Source: Blepharisma stoltei ATCC 30299
Taxonomy: Eukaryota; Protista; Ciliophora
Direction of reading: 5' to 3'
Assembly (NCBI GenBank): GCA_965603825.1
Contig: CBFDEM010000015.1
Location: 434,001 to 498,000, forward strand
Length of the DNA: 64,000 nt
Position numbers and translations under genes: made by a program. The notes below the pieces were generated by a model. That model ran no database searches and was not told the origin of the DNA. It worked only from the letters and a program-made list of their open reading frames with translations. Of the stretch, positions 48,114 to 60,295 are shown one piece after another; within the stretch, counting starts at the first letter, position 1; the number at the start of each line of letters is the position of its first letter.

Positions 48114-49157
48114 TTATTTTTGGATATTTTTTATTATTTCTCTTGTGAACTCATATGTAGTCGCAGATCCTCCAATATCTTGAGTTAAAACTTTTCCTTC
48201 ACTAATGGTTTGGAAGAGTCCATCTTGAAGCCTTTCTGCGAAATGTGGAAGATTTAAATGTCTTAGCATCATAGCACTTGATAACAAAATCCCAGTCGGG
48301 TTCGCAAGACCTTTTCCTGCAATATCCTTAGCTATATGTCTTGTCCCAGGCTCAAATAGTGCAAAATCATTCCCTATGTTAACCCCTGGGGTGATCCCTG
48401 GACCTCCGACCAGAAACGATACAATATTCCCTATAATTGACCCATACAAATTTGGCAGGACGACCACATCAAATTGCCATGGATTTGATGTCATTTGCAT
48501 TGATGCATTATCAATGATCATTTCTTGATATTGTATCGTTGGGTATTCTTTAGCTACTTGTCTCACAGCTTTTAAGAACTCTCCATCTGCTTTTTTCATG
48601 ATATTCGCTTTATGAATTGCTGTGACTTTTTTGCGGTTATTTAAGTAAGCCAACTCGAAGGCGTATTTTGCGATTTTTAAGGATCCCGCATATGTGATGA
48701 CTTTGATGGATTCTACGACGCCTGGGTATACTTCGTGCTCAAGGCCACTGTATTCTCCTTCTAGGTTTTCTCTGATGACGATGACGTTAATATTGTCATG
48801 TCTAGTTTTGATACCTTTAAGTGAAAATGCATGACATACATGGGCATATACGTCTAGCTTCTTCCTTAAAAGTACATTGGGGGAGCCAGCTCCTTCTCCT
48901 ATTAAGTGACCTATGGTTCCTTTTAAAGCGGCTGGATATGACTTAATCTTCTTGATGACTTCATCATCATTGACATTGAGATTGGAAATTGTGTCAAATA
49001 CTACTGGAGCGTGGATAGCTGATAAGACATCTGTAGCGGCTGAGCAGATCTCAGGGCCTATACCATCACCTGGAATTAAGGCAAGCTTGCGGATTACTGA
49101 GTCCCCTGGCTTTTGAGGAAAGCAAGTAGAAGAGAATCGAATCAGATGTCTAAGCAT
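48114..49157 (-). CDS. NAD-dependent isocitrate dehydrogenase, regulatory (beta/gamma-type) subunit
   Basis: LIPGDGIGPEI, RENLEGEYSGLEH and HKANIMK motifs. PNLYGSIIGN lacks the Asp residues of the catalytic subunit. Confidence 0.92.
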   Translation of the reverse strand: MLRHLIRFSSTCFPQKPGDSVIRKLALIPGDGIGPEICSAATDVLSAIHAPVVFDTISNLNVNDDEVIKKIKSYPAALKGTIGHLIGEGAGSPNVLLRKKLDVYAHVCHAFSLKGIKTRHDNINVIVIRENLEGEYSGLEHEVYPGVVESIKVITYAGSLKIAKYAFELAYLNNRKKVTAIHKANIMKKADGEFLKAVRQVAKEYPTIQYQEMIIDNASMQMTSNPWQFDVVVLPNLYGSIIGNIVSFLVGGPGITPGVNIGNDFALFEPGTRHIAKDIAGKGLANPTGILLSSAMMLRHLNLPHFAERLQDGLFQTISEGKVLTQDIGGSATTYEFTREIIKNIQK

Positions 49158-50032
49158 ATTTAATAGATCTTTAATTAAGTAAATTCTAAAAAAATCAATT
49201 TTACAGCATATTTGAATTAACTTGCATTATTTGATGATAATTAGTTAATTTGAGCTGGAAGAGAATTGCATTTGAATGGTTGGTTTAGTTAATTCTAGAA
49301 TAATATCCATTTGCTTGTATAAATACTGCCATAGATATTTAGAGATACTTATTTTAAAAAGCTATGGATATAAAATGACCATTACTTGCCTATTTGCACA
49401 GGAAATGATTACTTTGATGCCAAGTTGAAATTCAAAAGAAGAAACAGTTTAATTAATAGAAAATCAAAAATTAAAAGAGGAACGGAGTGGAATGTAAATT
49501 TATAACTATTATATGCAAGGCAAATAGTTTAAGAAACTGAACTCAAATTTTATTATAATTGGCATTAAATCAAGAAGGCTTGCTAAAATTTATCATCTAT
49601 TTAGAATTTTTATATTTTGTGGTCTTTAAAACTCAAAAACTTGAATCAGCTTAATTTTCTTCATTTAAAACACAGGATTTTAGTTTCATTGAAAGGGCTT
49701 AGCAATTTCTGACTTTATCTTGAATTCCCTCCATGGCCGACAGCTTGGTAATTTCATAAATATTCCCAAAATTATTCCATGATTACTCCTCTATCAAGAC
49801 GTCATTTTTAAGTTCAAATTTGTCTCAAATATTCTCACTACCTCTTAAATCTTATATTCAAGCTTCATCATCTCTAATTCCCTAAAATCCCAGCTTCGCG
49901 GTTCTTCATGATTTAATCTGTCGTAAACATTGTCTTTATCGTATATGAATATGGCGCACTTTACACATCCTCCACAATTTACAAATCAAACTTAAAAATC
50001 TTAGTTACCTTAAACCAAAATTGTGAACTAAA

Positions 50033-50404
50033 TTATAAAGATTTTTGATTTTTCAAAGAGAAATCACCGAAATTTTCGCTGTCCAGTGAAACCCTCATGT
50101 TTAAATCAAGTATCTTCGGAATTTCTTCAACTTGGTCAGCGTCTAAAGACGGCATGGTAGAGATACTTGATCTAGCATAAGAGTTCCTGAAAGATGAATA
50201 AAACCCACACGAAGGCTTAATTCCTTCCTGGATTTCTTCCCATTGAAAACGCTGTGTTTTTATTTGTGGAAGTTCGTTGGCAAAGTCGAATTCGTAGTCT
50301 GTGGCTTGCTTATTTGTGATATTATCAAGGTTTTCCTTGATTTCTGACATCCAGTTATCGATATCGGCGCTACATTCGTCAAGTGTAAACCCAAAAAGGC
50401 TCAT
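50033..50404 (-). CDS. Putative Cip/Kip/KRP-type cyclin-dependent kinase inhibitor
   Basis: LFG...helix...YEFDFANELP....RFQWEEI matches the CDI-domain pattern (p27: LFG...WNFDFQNHKPLEGKYEWQEV). Possible in-frame extension from ATG 50578. Confidence 0.65.
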   Translation of the reverse strand: MSLFGFTLDECSADIDNWMSEIKENLDNITNKQATDYEFDFANELPQIKTQRFQWEEIQEGIKPSCGFYSSFRNSYARSSISTMPSLDADQVEEIPKILDLNMRVSLDSENFGDFSLKNQKSL

Positions 50405-50704
50405 ATTATTGATTATATTGGGAAATATTTTTGGTAAGTGAAGCAGGTTACGCTTGCAGTCTTCGTAAAAATGGATTCAAAATTTAAGAAAACGACGGAT
50501 CCGCAGTTTGTCCAGATCAGTGGCTAGCTGTGTGTAGGATTTTTTGTGTTTTGAAATTTGCTTTAGAAGCAGTGACATAATTTGAATTTATTTTTTATAT
50601 TTAATTTATGCAGCCATATCTGGTAATAGCTTTAATCACAATTTAAACAGTTTTTGAGTTAACTATTTTAATTTTCCTTTAAATTATATGAATAAAGGAT
50701 TATA

Positions 50705-51223
50705 ATGGAAGAAGATAAATTTATAGCTACTCTAGCTCTTAAAAAATCTGCTATCCATTGCGCAAGACACCCAGGAAGAGATGTCTACGGAGCTCTTGTT
50801 GGTGATAGCAAAGTTAATGATGCAATTCCTTTATTCCATACCAGACCTACGACTGCTGCTACAGAAGTCGCTCTTTTAATGCTCAGTCAATTTAATATCA
50901 TTGGCTTCTATGAAAGCCGAATCAGAGGAGCTAATGAAGAATTAGAGCCAAGCAGATATATTACACAGCTTTGCCAAGCCCTCAAGAATAAAGGGGCAGC
51001 TTCTGTTTTTGTGCTTTGCATTGAAAGCGATTGGAATGAATCAAATATTATGGCATTGTTTAGACTTGATAATAAAGGGACAAATTTTACAAAACAGACA
51101 TTTGACGCGAGTTTTAACAAAATGAGCTTAACAGATTTCTTAATTGGTCATGAAAACATTGTTGATATCGATGATCACTTGGCGAATCCACGATTAGACT
51201 GGAGAAATCAAAATATTCAATAA
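50705..51223 (+). CDS. ER membrane protein complex subunit 8/9 (UPF0172)
   Basis: HCARHP...V.GALVG, DAIPLFH and VDIDDHL..P..DW.N motifs. Confidence 0.85.
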   Translation: MEEDKFIATLALKKSAIHCARHPGRDVYGALVGDSKVNDAIPLFHTRPTTAATEVALLMLSQFNIIGFYESRIRGANEELEPSRYITQLCQALKNKGAASVFVLCIESDWNESNIMALFRLDNKGTNFTKQTFDASFNKMSLTDFLIGHENIVDIDDHLANPRLDWRNQNIQ

Positions 51224-51403
51224 TACTTAATCTCGATAAATAAAAAGCCTCTCAGGATTCTTTATTAACTAGAAATATTAATTTTTTAAGTTAAGATAAA
51301 GTAAGTAAAATATAGTATCGAGAATTTTTAATTAAATTATGTAAATTGTAAGATATAGGGAGTTAAATAAATTCTTGATCATTTGAACGATCATATAACC
51401 GTA

Positions 51404-52723
51404 TTAATTTAAAACTAAGAATTTCGGTTTTCCCCATTTATTTCTTCTTTGGTTATACTTGAGAATAGTCATGCCCTGAAGATCAACTCTTCAGCAAATA
51501 CTCCCATCATTGCCAACAATGTCAAAATTCATTATTCCTTGAGTTCTCGATTCTGCTATTTTGGCACAAGCCCATGGAGGTAACGCTGAGTAGCCTAATC
51601 TTCTTTTTATGCTCCAAGTTTGCTTTGCTCCTTCATTATTTTTTTCAATCGGTCTCTGGTCTACTCTTTCATATTTTTTTCTCTCATGCGGATTTTGTTC
51701 GTTTTGTCTTTGATCCCAATCAAATCTTTCTTCTCGCTTTCTTTCTTCATATTGGTTTTGGTAATTTATATCACTTTGCCTAAAATCTGGAGGATTTTGA
51801 AATCCTCTTCCTCTGCCCCTAAAGGATCCGTCTCCCCTAAAGGATCCGTCGCTTCTAAAGTTTGGAAAGCCTCTCCCTCCTCTTCCTCCTCTCCCTCCTC
51901 TTCCTCTTCTCTGGTAGAAATCTTCTGAATTTGAGCTCTCATAGAGACTAGAATTTCCTCCAGGTGTTGTCATTTGGGAATCAAATTGCTTTGGGGATGA
52001 CAAATTGCCTTTGACAATGCTTCCTCCTAGTCCATGTAGCACATTTACAAAGGCCATATCAGGCTGTGCATCATGTACATAATAAGCTGGATTTACATCG
52101 AATTCAGGCATGTCCACCTGTGAAGCCATCGCAATTTGAGCTGAAGGACCTAATTCTTTTCCAGTTGTATATGCTTCTTGAAAAATCGCTAAAATATTAT
52201 TTTTCTGCTCTATATACTTTGTGAACTGTTCATTTATATGAGCATAATCTGCATTATTTTTCCTTTCAGCTTCATCAATATTTGCAGTCCACTTATTGCT
52301 TAAATTCTGAAGAGCGGTTAATAGCATTTCTATTGCTTGTTTGCAGTCTTCTCTGCATCGTTGGTTTAAGCCTGCAGCTTGTTCGTATTCGTTAGAAATT
52401 TGTTTTAATGAGATATTTGCATTTTGAATCTGCTGTTGAATTTTTTGGATATTTTGGAGATATTCAGGATTTCCTTGTTTTATCGATTCTTGGACCTTGG
52501 ACTTGTTTGAGGAAGATGAAGGAATGAGAGCATAATTTATTGTGAGTTTCTTTATATCTATTCTTTGATGATTAACCCTACATGTGGGACAGGTAATATC
52601 TCCATTCAGTCTAATGTTAGTTAAACATTCTTGGCAAGCACTGTGACCACATGGAAGAATAAGCGGTTTGAACTCTGAAGTGTATTCTTCGAAACAAATA
52701 GGACATTCATAGTTGACTTCCAT
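51404..52723 (-). CDS. RING-finger E3 with coiled coil, RGG box and WWE-like C-terminal domain, 439 aa
   Basis: C3HC4 RING CPIC...LPCGH..C..C...CPTC and RGG repeats; frame continues through TGA at 51491 to TAA at 51404. Confidence 0.8.
51804..51910 (-). repeat. Coding tandem repeats (18-nt duplication plus RGG-encoding repeats)
   Basis: CCCCTAAAGGATCCGTC occurs at 51816 and 51834; CCT/CTC-rich repeats encode RGGRGGRGG. Confidence 0.8.
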
Positions 52724-53259
52724 TTTGTTATATTAGATCAGCTGCGTTGCTTAATAGTTAACAAAATTTTGCTCGAACAAATTATTTATTCATTTAATGA
52801 TATTATTTGAATATTCTAAAATTAAACTTTTCGAGTAAGACTTCTTGCTATTTATTGTGCGATCTTGCTGAGCTTCGCAATTAATTTGGCAAAGATATCT
52901 TTGAAAAATAAATATTTATTTTATTTTATGCAAGAAAAGAATAAAGATATGGGATTTATTTTCTAAAATAATTTTCAATAATTTTATCATGACCATTTTG
53001 TTTATTTGTTACTGTTATGTTATTGTAAATATACCAAATAACTGCCTTATTTTCCTATAGCTTTGAATGCAAAATAAAAAATTAATATATGTTAAAAAAT
53101 TTATATTCTAGAATTTTATCTTTTGTTTTATTTTCTTAAAATAAATGTATGTTAAAATAAATAAATATCTTTGATATTCATAATGCAGCCAGTACAAAAG
53201 TATCTGCCGAATTCAACGACTTCTTAAAGGCATAGTTAAGCGCATAAATAATTTAAATT

Positions 53260-54390
53260 TTAATTAAGAGGAACTAATTTTCTTGCTTTTCCAAATTCTT
53301 GAGTTTTGAAATTATATCTAAAACACTCCATCTGATTGAAATCTATTTTAAATTGCAGTCTCTTCTTGAAATCATATATAAAAGCTGTTTTATTTCCTTT
53401 TGAATACTCTTCATTTATTTTAGAGTTTGCCCAATCAGGCAGTGCTTCATGCGCTCCAAAATCAGCTTGAGTAAACCATCTGAACCGATTTTTTATTGTA
53501 ATTGGTTTTCCTTGTTCTTTACGGTGATAATCTTCTTCCATTCAAGGATTAAATTTCGGAGGATTGCGAAGATCTGACCACTTAATTGGGGATTCAGCAG
53601 GTGAAGCTTTGCTATTTAAGTTCCCAGGAGAGCTCTGATCTTTAGGCTCTTTTTCATAGCTTTTAGAAATGTTAGCATTCTCATATACAAGTGAACCTCC
53701 TATCTCATGCAAAATATGAGAAAACGCCGTATCAAGATTTGCTTCATTATTAAAATGTCCAAATGAAACATCAAATATCAAGGCCTCCTTATCAGAAGCT
53801 AAAACAATTTCAGAGTTTGCATCAATGGCTGCATTATTTTTATATGCTTCATTCAGGACTTCCAAAAGCTGATCATTTTTGGTTGAAGTTTTATTAATTT
53901 GCTCTTTTATTTCATTATAATTGTCCATATTTTTCTTTTCAGCTTCATCAATGCTCTTATTTCATTTATTTTGGAGATTTTGAAGTGAATTGATTAGGAA
54001 ATCAATAGAGCCATTATATGAATCTCTACAATTTTTATTTAGCCCTTGAGATCTTTCATATTCACTTTTAATTTCTTTAGAAATCTGAGTGAGGAAAGCT
54101 TGGTATTGATAATAGTACTGAATGTCTTTTAACACGTTAGGATTTCCTCTATTATTATTCCGGTTTGGGGAATTTGAATTTGGAGATTGGATTAAGGCAT
54201 AATTAATTGTAAGATTACTTGGATTAATTCTAAAGTGACTTTTTCTACATGTGGGACATTTGCATAGAGATTCTTTAGATAATCTTGATAAGCAATTAAT
54301 GCAAACATTATGACCACATGGTAGAATAAGAGGCTTGAGCTCAGAAGTATAGGTGTCAAAACAAATGGGACAATCAAAACTTGATTCCAT
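53260..54390 (-). CDS. RING-finger E3 with WWE-like domain, tandem paralog of 51404..52723, 376 aa
   Basis: Three track ORFs join via TGA at 53962 and 53542. LQNLQNK(TGA)NKSIDEAERK aligns with LQNLSNKWTANIDEAERK in the paralog. Confidence 0.85.
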
Positions 54391-55147
54391 ATTTTATCCC
54401 TATTTAGCTTCTACTTTTTTAAAGTATGATTATGTCTTGTTTTATTGATAAAACTTAAGAATTAATGTAATTAAGATTGAGTTGTTAAAAAACCTCGAAT
54501 ATAATTTTATTTTCAATTATTTTATTTAATTTTGGTTATAAGATTTAAGTGTGCTTTGTTTTTTAGTCGATAGTTAAGGAGAAACTCTTTTTAAGGGCCT
54601 ATTTTTGCTGTTTGAAATATTAGTTCTTAAAATATTTTATTTTAAAGTAGCGATTTGGCTTTATAACATATTAAATAAGTAATAATTTTATAAAAATTCT
54701 AATCATCATAATTATCTAAATTGATTTTGGATTTTGCTGTCTTCTATGTTGGCCACTCGGCATCTACTTAGGGACATTCACAGAATTATTAGTAGGCTTA
54801 GTAATTAAAATAAATTCTTTAATATAATAATTCAGATGATAATTAATTTTTAAGATTAAAAAGCTGATATTTTTTATTTTGTGAATTTACAAAAATCTAG
54901 TCTAGTGAATTCATATTAAATTCTAAATTAAAATGTTTTTTTAGAAATCCACACATAAATATTTAATAATTCCTTATTAATAAATAATTATTTATCAATT
55001 TTTGGCATTTGCATTTTAGCCTCTCATTTTAGCTATTATAAATGCCTTTTATTTGGCATAACAAAACTGCTTTTATCTCATAACTATTATAAATCAGAAT
55101 TTCTCTCAAAATTTATACCTAGCATATAGAATAATAATTGCTTATAA

Positions 55148-58100
55148 ATGTCAAAGGTTGACCAAGCTTCTTTTATTTCTCAAAGCTTCATGCTTTGGGC
55201 TTACTCTCTCATAAGAAAATCTTCAAAGACCAACCCTACGTTTGAAACTTTAGACGAAATCCCAAATGTTATTAGTTTCACAAAGCTCTTTAAAAAGTTG
55301 GAGAACTTATGAGATCAAGAACTAAAAACTCAAAAGTCTCCCAGTCTGCTAAAAGTCATGCTTAAAGCTAACGGGATGGATATGATTAAGGCTATTGTCC
55401 CAATTTGCATAAGTACTCTCGGATATTTACTTCAAGCAGTTCTTATAAAATGGATGCTCGAATTTTTACAAGACTCAAGTATCGAACTATGAAAAGGCGT
55501 TGTCTATGCAATTGTTTTCGGCGTCATAAGCATTATTATGTCAACCCAGCTTGCAAGAGGACTGTTTTTTCTATCACTATTTGCAGGTCGCACCAAAGGT
55601 GCTTGTTCATTAATGATTTATAATCATACTCTCAAACTTGCTCAAAGCTCTATTAATTCAGGATTAGCAGCTGGCAAGCTGCTAAATAATGTTGGATCAG
55701 ATCTGGAGCTTTTAGAAAGTCTAGCAGTTTTTGGGTTTTTATCAACAGGCCCTTTATTTATAATAGGATCAATAATTTTGATATATTTTTTATTAGGAAT
55801 TGCAGGAATATTTGGAATTCTTGTATCACTTCTGTATATACCATTGAATTTCTGGGTAGGAGCTTTTGTGACGAAATATAGAATGACAATCGGCAAGTTC
55901 TCAGATTCAAGAATAAAGCTGATCTCAAATCTGATTGAAGGGATCAGAGTAATTAAACTTTATGGCTGAGAATTCCCTTTTATTGATATCACTAAAGGAT
56001 ACAGAGCTAAAGAAATCCAACAGTATAGGATTAAAGCACGATTTCAGACTTTAACTAAAAGCAGCACAGTTTGTGGCCAAGGACTTGTGCTATTAGTCAC
56101 TTTTTCTGTTCATGTTGCGCTTGGTAATGATATTCATCTGAGCAGTGCTTTTGCTGCCATTAGTTTACTGCTGGTGACTCATAATATAATTACTCAAAAT
56201 TTGTCTCTTGCGATTGAATATATTTATTTACTACTAGCAGTCTGCCGCAGACTAACTCAATCACTAAAGCTAAAAACCATAAACACCCAAATTTATCCAG
56301 CCCCTGAAAATTTAGCCATAAAATTCGAAGATGCTTCATTTTCTTGGCAAGACAACCCAATCCCTATACCGCTAGAAACTCAGAGCTGCTTACTGGAAAC
56401 TGATACAAGCTCTGTTCTGAGAAATATCACCATAGGCATTAATTATGGAGAACTTGTTATTGTTGCTGGAAAAGTGGGAGCCAGTAAAACCTCTTTTCTT
56501 ATGAGCATTTTAAATGAGCTTAACAAGACTAACGGATTTATAGGGATCAATGGAACTCTTGCATATACAGACCAAGAATCTTGGGTAATTTCAGAAACAA
56601 TAAAAGAAAATATATTAATGGGAAAAGATTATGATGAAGAACTGTATAATTCTGTGCTAAAATCATGTTGCCTTGATGAAGATATTAAGACTTTTAAACA
56701 TGGGAGTGAAACTATGGTCGGAGAAAAAGGAGTTACGCTAAGCGGAGGACAAACAGCAAGAATTACATTGGCAAGAGCTGTGTATTCTCAAAGAGATGTT
56801 TATTTGCTTGACGATCCGCTCTCAGCTGTAGATAGTGAAGTTTCGCAAAAATTATTTAAAAATTGTATAAAAGGAATTTTGGAAGGAAAAACAAGGATAT
56901 TGGTGACTCACCAAATTTATGTGCTTCCTGAGGCTGATAAAATACTTATACTTGATGAAGGTAATGTATTATTTTATGGGACATATAGTGAACTTCTCAC
57001 AAGAGAAGACATGAAAGAAGCCTATGGAGAACTTTTTGAATCAAAAAAGAAAAAAAGTAAGCCTCAGGAGTCTGATTCTGAAGAAGAAAATACTGAGAAG
57101 AAAGAAACAAAGGATACTCAAACTATTCAGGAAGAAGAAAAAGCTGAAGGATCAGTACCAATTTCATTTTACTGGAAGTATTTGCAGACTGGGTTCAGAA
57201 ATTCTTCAGCCTTATTCTTTCTTTTCTTACTGAGTTTTGCAGCGATACAAGTAATTTTGCTAATCATTACTTATTGAATCGCATATTGATCTAACCAGAA
57301 TGACCAATCAAGCTGCTTTTATCCAGTAATAATGGCAATAATGGTGGTAGTTTTCTATTTTTTTGGTGTTGGCAGAATTTTTGTGTTATATGAATGTATA
57401 TATAATTCTAACGAAATCTACCACAATAATTCATTGAAGACTTTACTACAGACAAATTCTCATTATTTCGATTCAAATCCATCTGGGAGGATAATCAACA
57501 GGTTTTCGAAAGACATAGCAGTTATGGATGAGCCTCAAACTTTCTATTTCCCGTATGTATTTCAATACTCTTGTGTTATCTTTGCCAATCTTATAGTTAT
57601 CATGATTGTAAACCCTGTAAACATAGCTTTTGTTTTCGTTTTAGCAATTCTGTTGATATTTTTATTCAAAAAAGTAGTACCATCTGCAAGAAACTTTAAA
57701 AGGCTTGAACTAATTAGCAGAAGTCCTGTTTTTAATTTTTTTACCAATGCAATTAGTGGGCTTGCAAGCATCAGGGCATATGATTTGCAGAAACATTTGA
57801 GAAGCCAACTTAGCAAAGCTATTGACACAAATATAAGAGCTCTTTTTCAATTCCAAACTCATGTAAGATTTTTCCAGCTATATTCTGATATTGTCTCCTC
57901 ATTCATGCTCTCTATGAATGCACTAGTCATCGTTTTGCTGAGAGGATGGGTTAGTTCAGAAGGGGCTGCGGTCAGTTTAGCGTTGAATATTAGTTTGCTA
58001 ACTGTTATAACTGTCCTTTGCAGAATGATCGTTGACCTTGATAATTATATGGCAAGCACTCAAAGAGTTTATGAATACGATTTATTACCAGCTGAAGGAG

Positions 58101-58894
58101 CCTATGAATCAGATAATGCATTTGTAATTAGTAGAGGGAAAATGGAGTTTAAAAATGTTGTAATGAAGTATAGAGAATTTTTGGAGCCGTCTTTAAGAGA
58201 TGTAAGCTTCATAATCCCCCCTTCATCAAAAGTTGGAATAGTTGGAAGGACAGGAGCAGGAAAATCTTCTTTAATGCAAGCAATATTCAGACTTAGCAAT
58301 TTGTATTCTGGAGAAATTTTAATTGATGACCAAAATATTGCTTATACTGGTCTACATCAGCTTCGCAAACAAATTTCGGTTATCCCTCAATCCCCATTTT
58401 TATTCTCCGCCACAATTAGAGATAATTTAGATCCTTTGCATAATCATTCTGATGAAGAAGTTTTTGATGCTTTGACCCAAGTTAATCTTCAAGGAATTCT
58501 GGCAAATTTGCCAAATGGTTTATATACAGAGCTGAAAACAGCCAATTTTACTTTATCAGTTGGGCAAAAGCAGCTGTTATGTATGGCAAGGGCAATTATT
58601 AGAAATAATAAAGTTATTATGATGGATGAAGCTACCGCAAATGTAGATCCTGATACCGATCAATTTATACAGAGTACTATAAGAGAAAAATTCATTGACT
58701 GCACACTGCTAATCGTAGCTCATAGGCTGAGGACAGTAATTGATTCAGATTTAATTATATTGATGGATAATGGTAGGGTAGGAGAGTTTGGAAATCCAGC
58801 AGAGCTGGCAGAAGACGAAAGCTCAAAGTTTAGAAAAATGATCAATTGCACTGGAAAAAATGAGGCTGAATACCTGTTAAGTAAAATTAAATAA
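55148..58894 (+). CDS. ABCC/MRP-family full-length transporter, 1248 aa
   Basis: One frame through TGAs at 55310, 55490, 55967, 57275 and 57287, giving KLYG(W)E and Y(W)IAY(W)S. Two NBDs (LSGGQ, LSVGQ) and NPSGRIINRFSKD. Confidence 0.93.
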
Positions 58895-59152
58895 TTTTTA
58901 TCCAATTTTTCATTAATACTAGCTAACTGTTTACCTTTAATTGAAACAATCTGAGATATTAAATCTTTAAATTAATCGGTTTATCCGAAATTTTATTATC
59001 TACAATCTATATTAAAAAACTATTAAAAATATCTTAATGGAATATTTAACACTAATTTTTGTGAATATCAAAAATAGTATGAATATATTTACGAAACTGT
59101 TGTTCCATTTTATTACTAATGAGAAAATGGTTACCTGGTAAATTAGAATAAT

Positions 59153-60022
59153 ATGTCAAATCCGATCAGAACATATAGTGAATTGCCTAGAAATGTACAG
59201 AATGGACTGAAAAACTTGGAAATCGAACTGCAGTTTGGCTGTTTAGGCCACTATGAACATGACACAATAAAAAATATTGACCAATCCTCTATCCAAATTA
59301 ATTTTTCGGGTGAGCTATTGCTTTATCCTATATTAAAATATTTAAGAGACCTCGGGTACCCTGTCGCAAACTCTATGATATCATATTTATCTCGCGAAAG
59401 AAACCTTTACATCTACTTAGGGCATGATCCTTTACCCTCGGATTTGGCCATTCCTATAGCAGACGTGCACGATTTCCCTATTTTACAACTAAAATCGCGC
59501 CTCACTAACCAAACTGAAGTAATAATTTCAGCCAATATAATTGAAGAAGACAATAATTCTGAAAAAGGCCAAGGCTCTAGACGAACAAAAGAAAGAAAAA
59601 TCGGCTTCATTATTGACAAAGTGGCAAAATGGCGAAATTTATACAATGGAGCTCCAAATTCAAATGGAGAGATCGTTAGACACACCCTTGAAGAAGCTGC
59701 TTTACAAGTAGGAATTTCAAAGAAATCATTAGATGACTATTTACTTCAGCTCAGATTTGGGAGAAAATTTGGCTTTAATTTCGAAGAACATAAAAACGAT
59801 AAGGTAGGGTTATTAAGAGCTTATGTAAAAAAGTTTAAATTTATCCAAAGCGAAATAGCCAAACTTCAGACAGGGGAGGTGCTTTCTAAAGAAATTTTAG
59901 AAATGCTCAACCAAAAAGGAACGCCTTCTTGCAAAAGCAAAAAATGCTGCGTACCACCTTCAGGCATGCTTAAGCTTCCGGTTCAGTTTGTGAGCTCATC
60001 AGTGGATTTTGGGTTCAAATAA
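59153..60022 (+). CDS. Ciliate-type putative HTH DNA-binding protein (SKKSLDDY family)
   Basis: RTKERKIG...KV..WR.LY.G...TLEEAA..VGISKKSLDDYLLQLR.G...GFNF...K.G.LR motif block. Confidence 0.7.
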   Translation: MSNPIRTYSELPRNVQNGLKNLEIELQFGCLGHYEHDTIKNIDQSSIQINFSGELLLYPILKYLRDLGYPVANSMISYLSRERNLYIYLGHDPLPSDLAIPIADVHDFPILQLKSRLTNQTEVIISANIIEEDNNSEKGQGSRRTKERKIGFIIDKVAKWRNLYNGAPNSNGEIVRHTLEEAALQVGISKKSLDDYLLQLRFGRKFGFNFEEHKNDKVGLLRAYVKKFKFIQSEIAKLQTGEVLSKEILEMLNQKGTPSCKSKKCCVPPSGMLKLPVQFVSSSVDFGFK

Positions 60023-60295
60023 TTAAGAGATAATTTGTAAAATAAGTAAGTTATAATCGAAAAACAGACTCGAAAATATTTAACTGGGAAGTACTTTTAG
60101 AAGTCAGACTGGATTCATTTTTCTTTCACAGTCTATATCCAATACTAACTAGTTAGCCATTAAAATAAGCAAGACAAGCACGTGAGATAAAAATTATGAT
60201 TTTCTAGGAGGAGGTAAGGAAATTATATAATAGAACAATTTTTTAAAGATTATTGTATTATTAAAATTTTCTAAATAGAGATCATTGTTCATTAA

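Noticed and set aside
10735-58894. Split ORFs as pseudogenes, operons or selenoproteins
   Set aside because: All breaks are in-frame TGA at Trp-compatible positions, never at catalytic Cys positions, and some align with TGG in paralogs.
60179-60184. CACGTG E-box upstream of the zinc-finger gene
   Set aside because: A single hexamer, with no supporting evidence of function.
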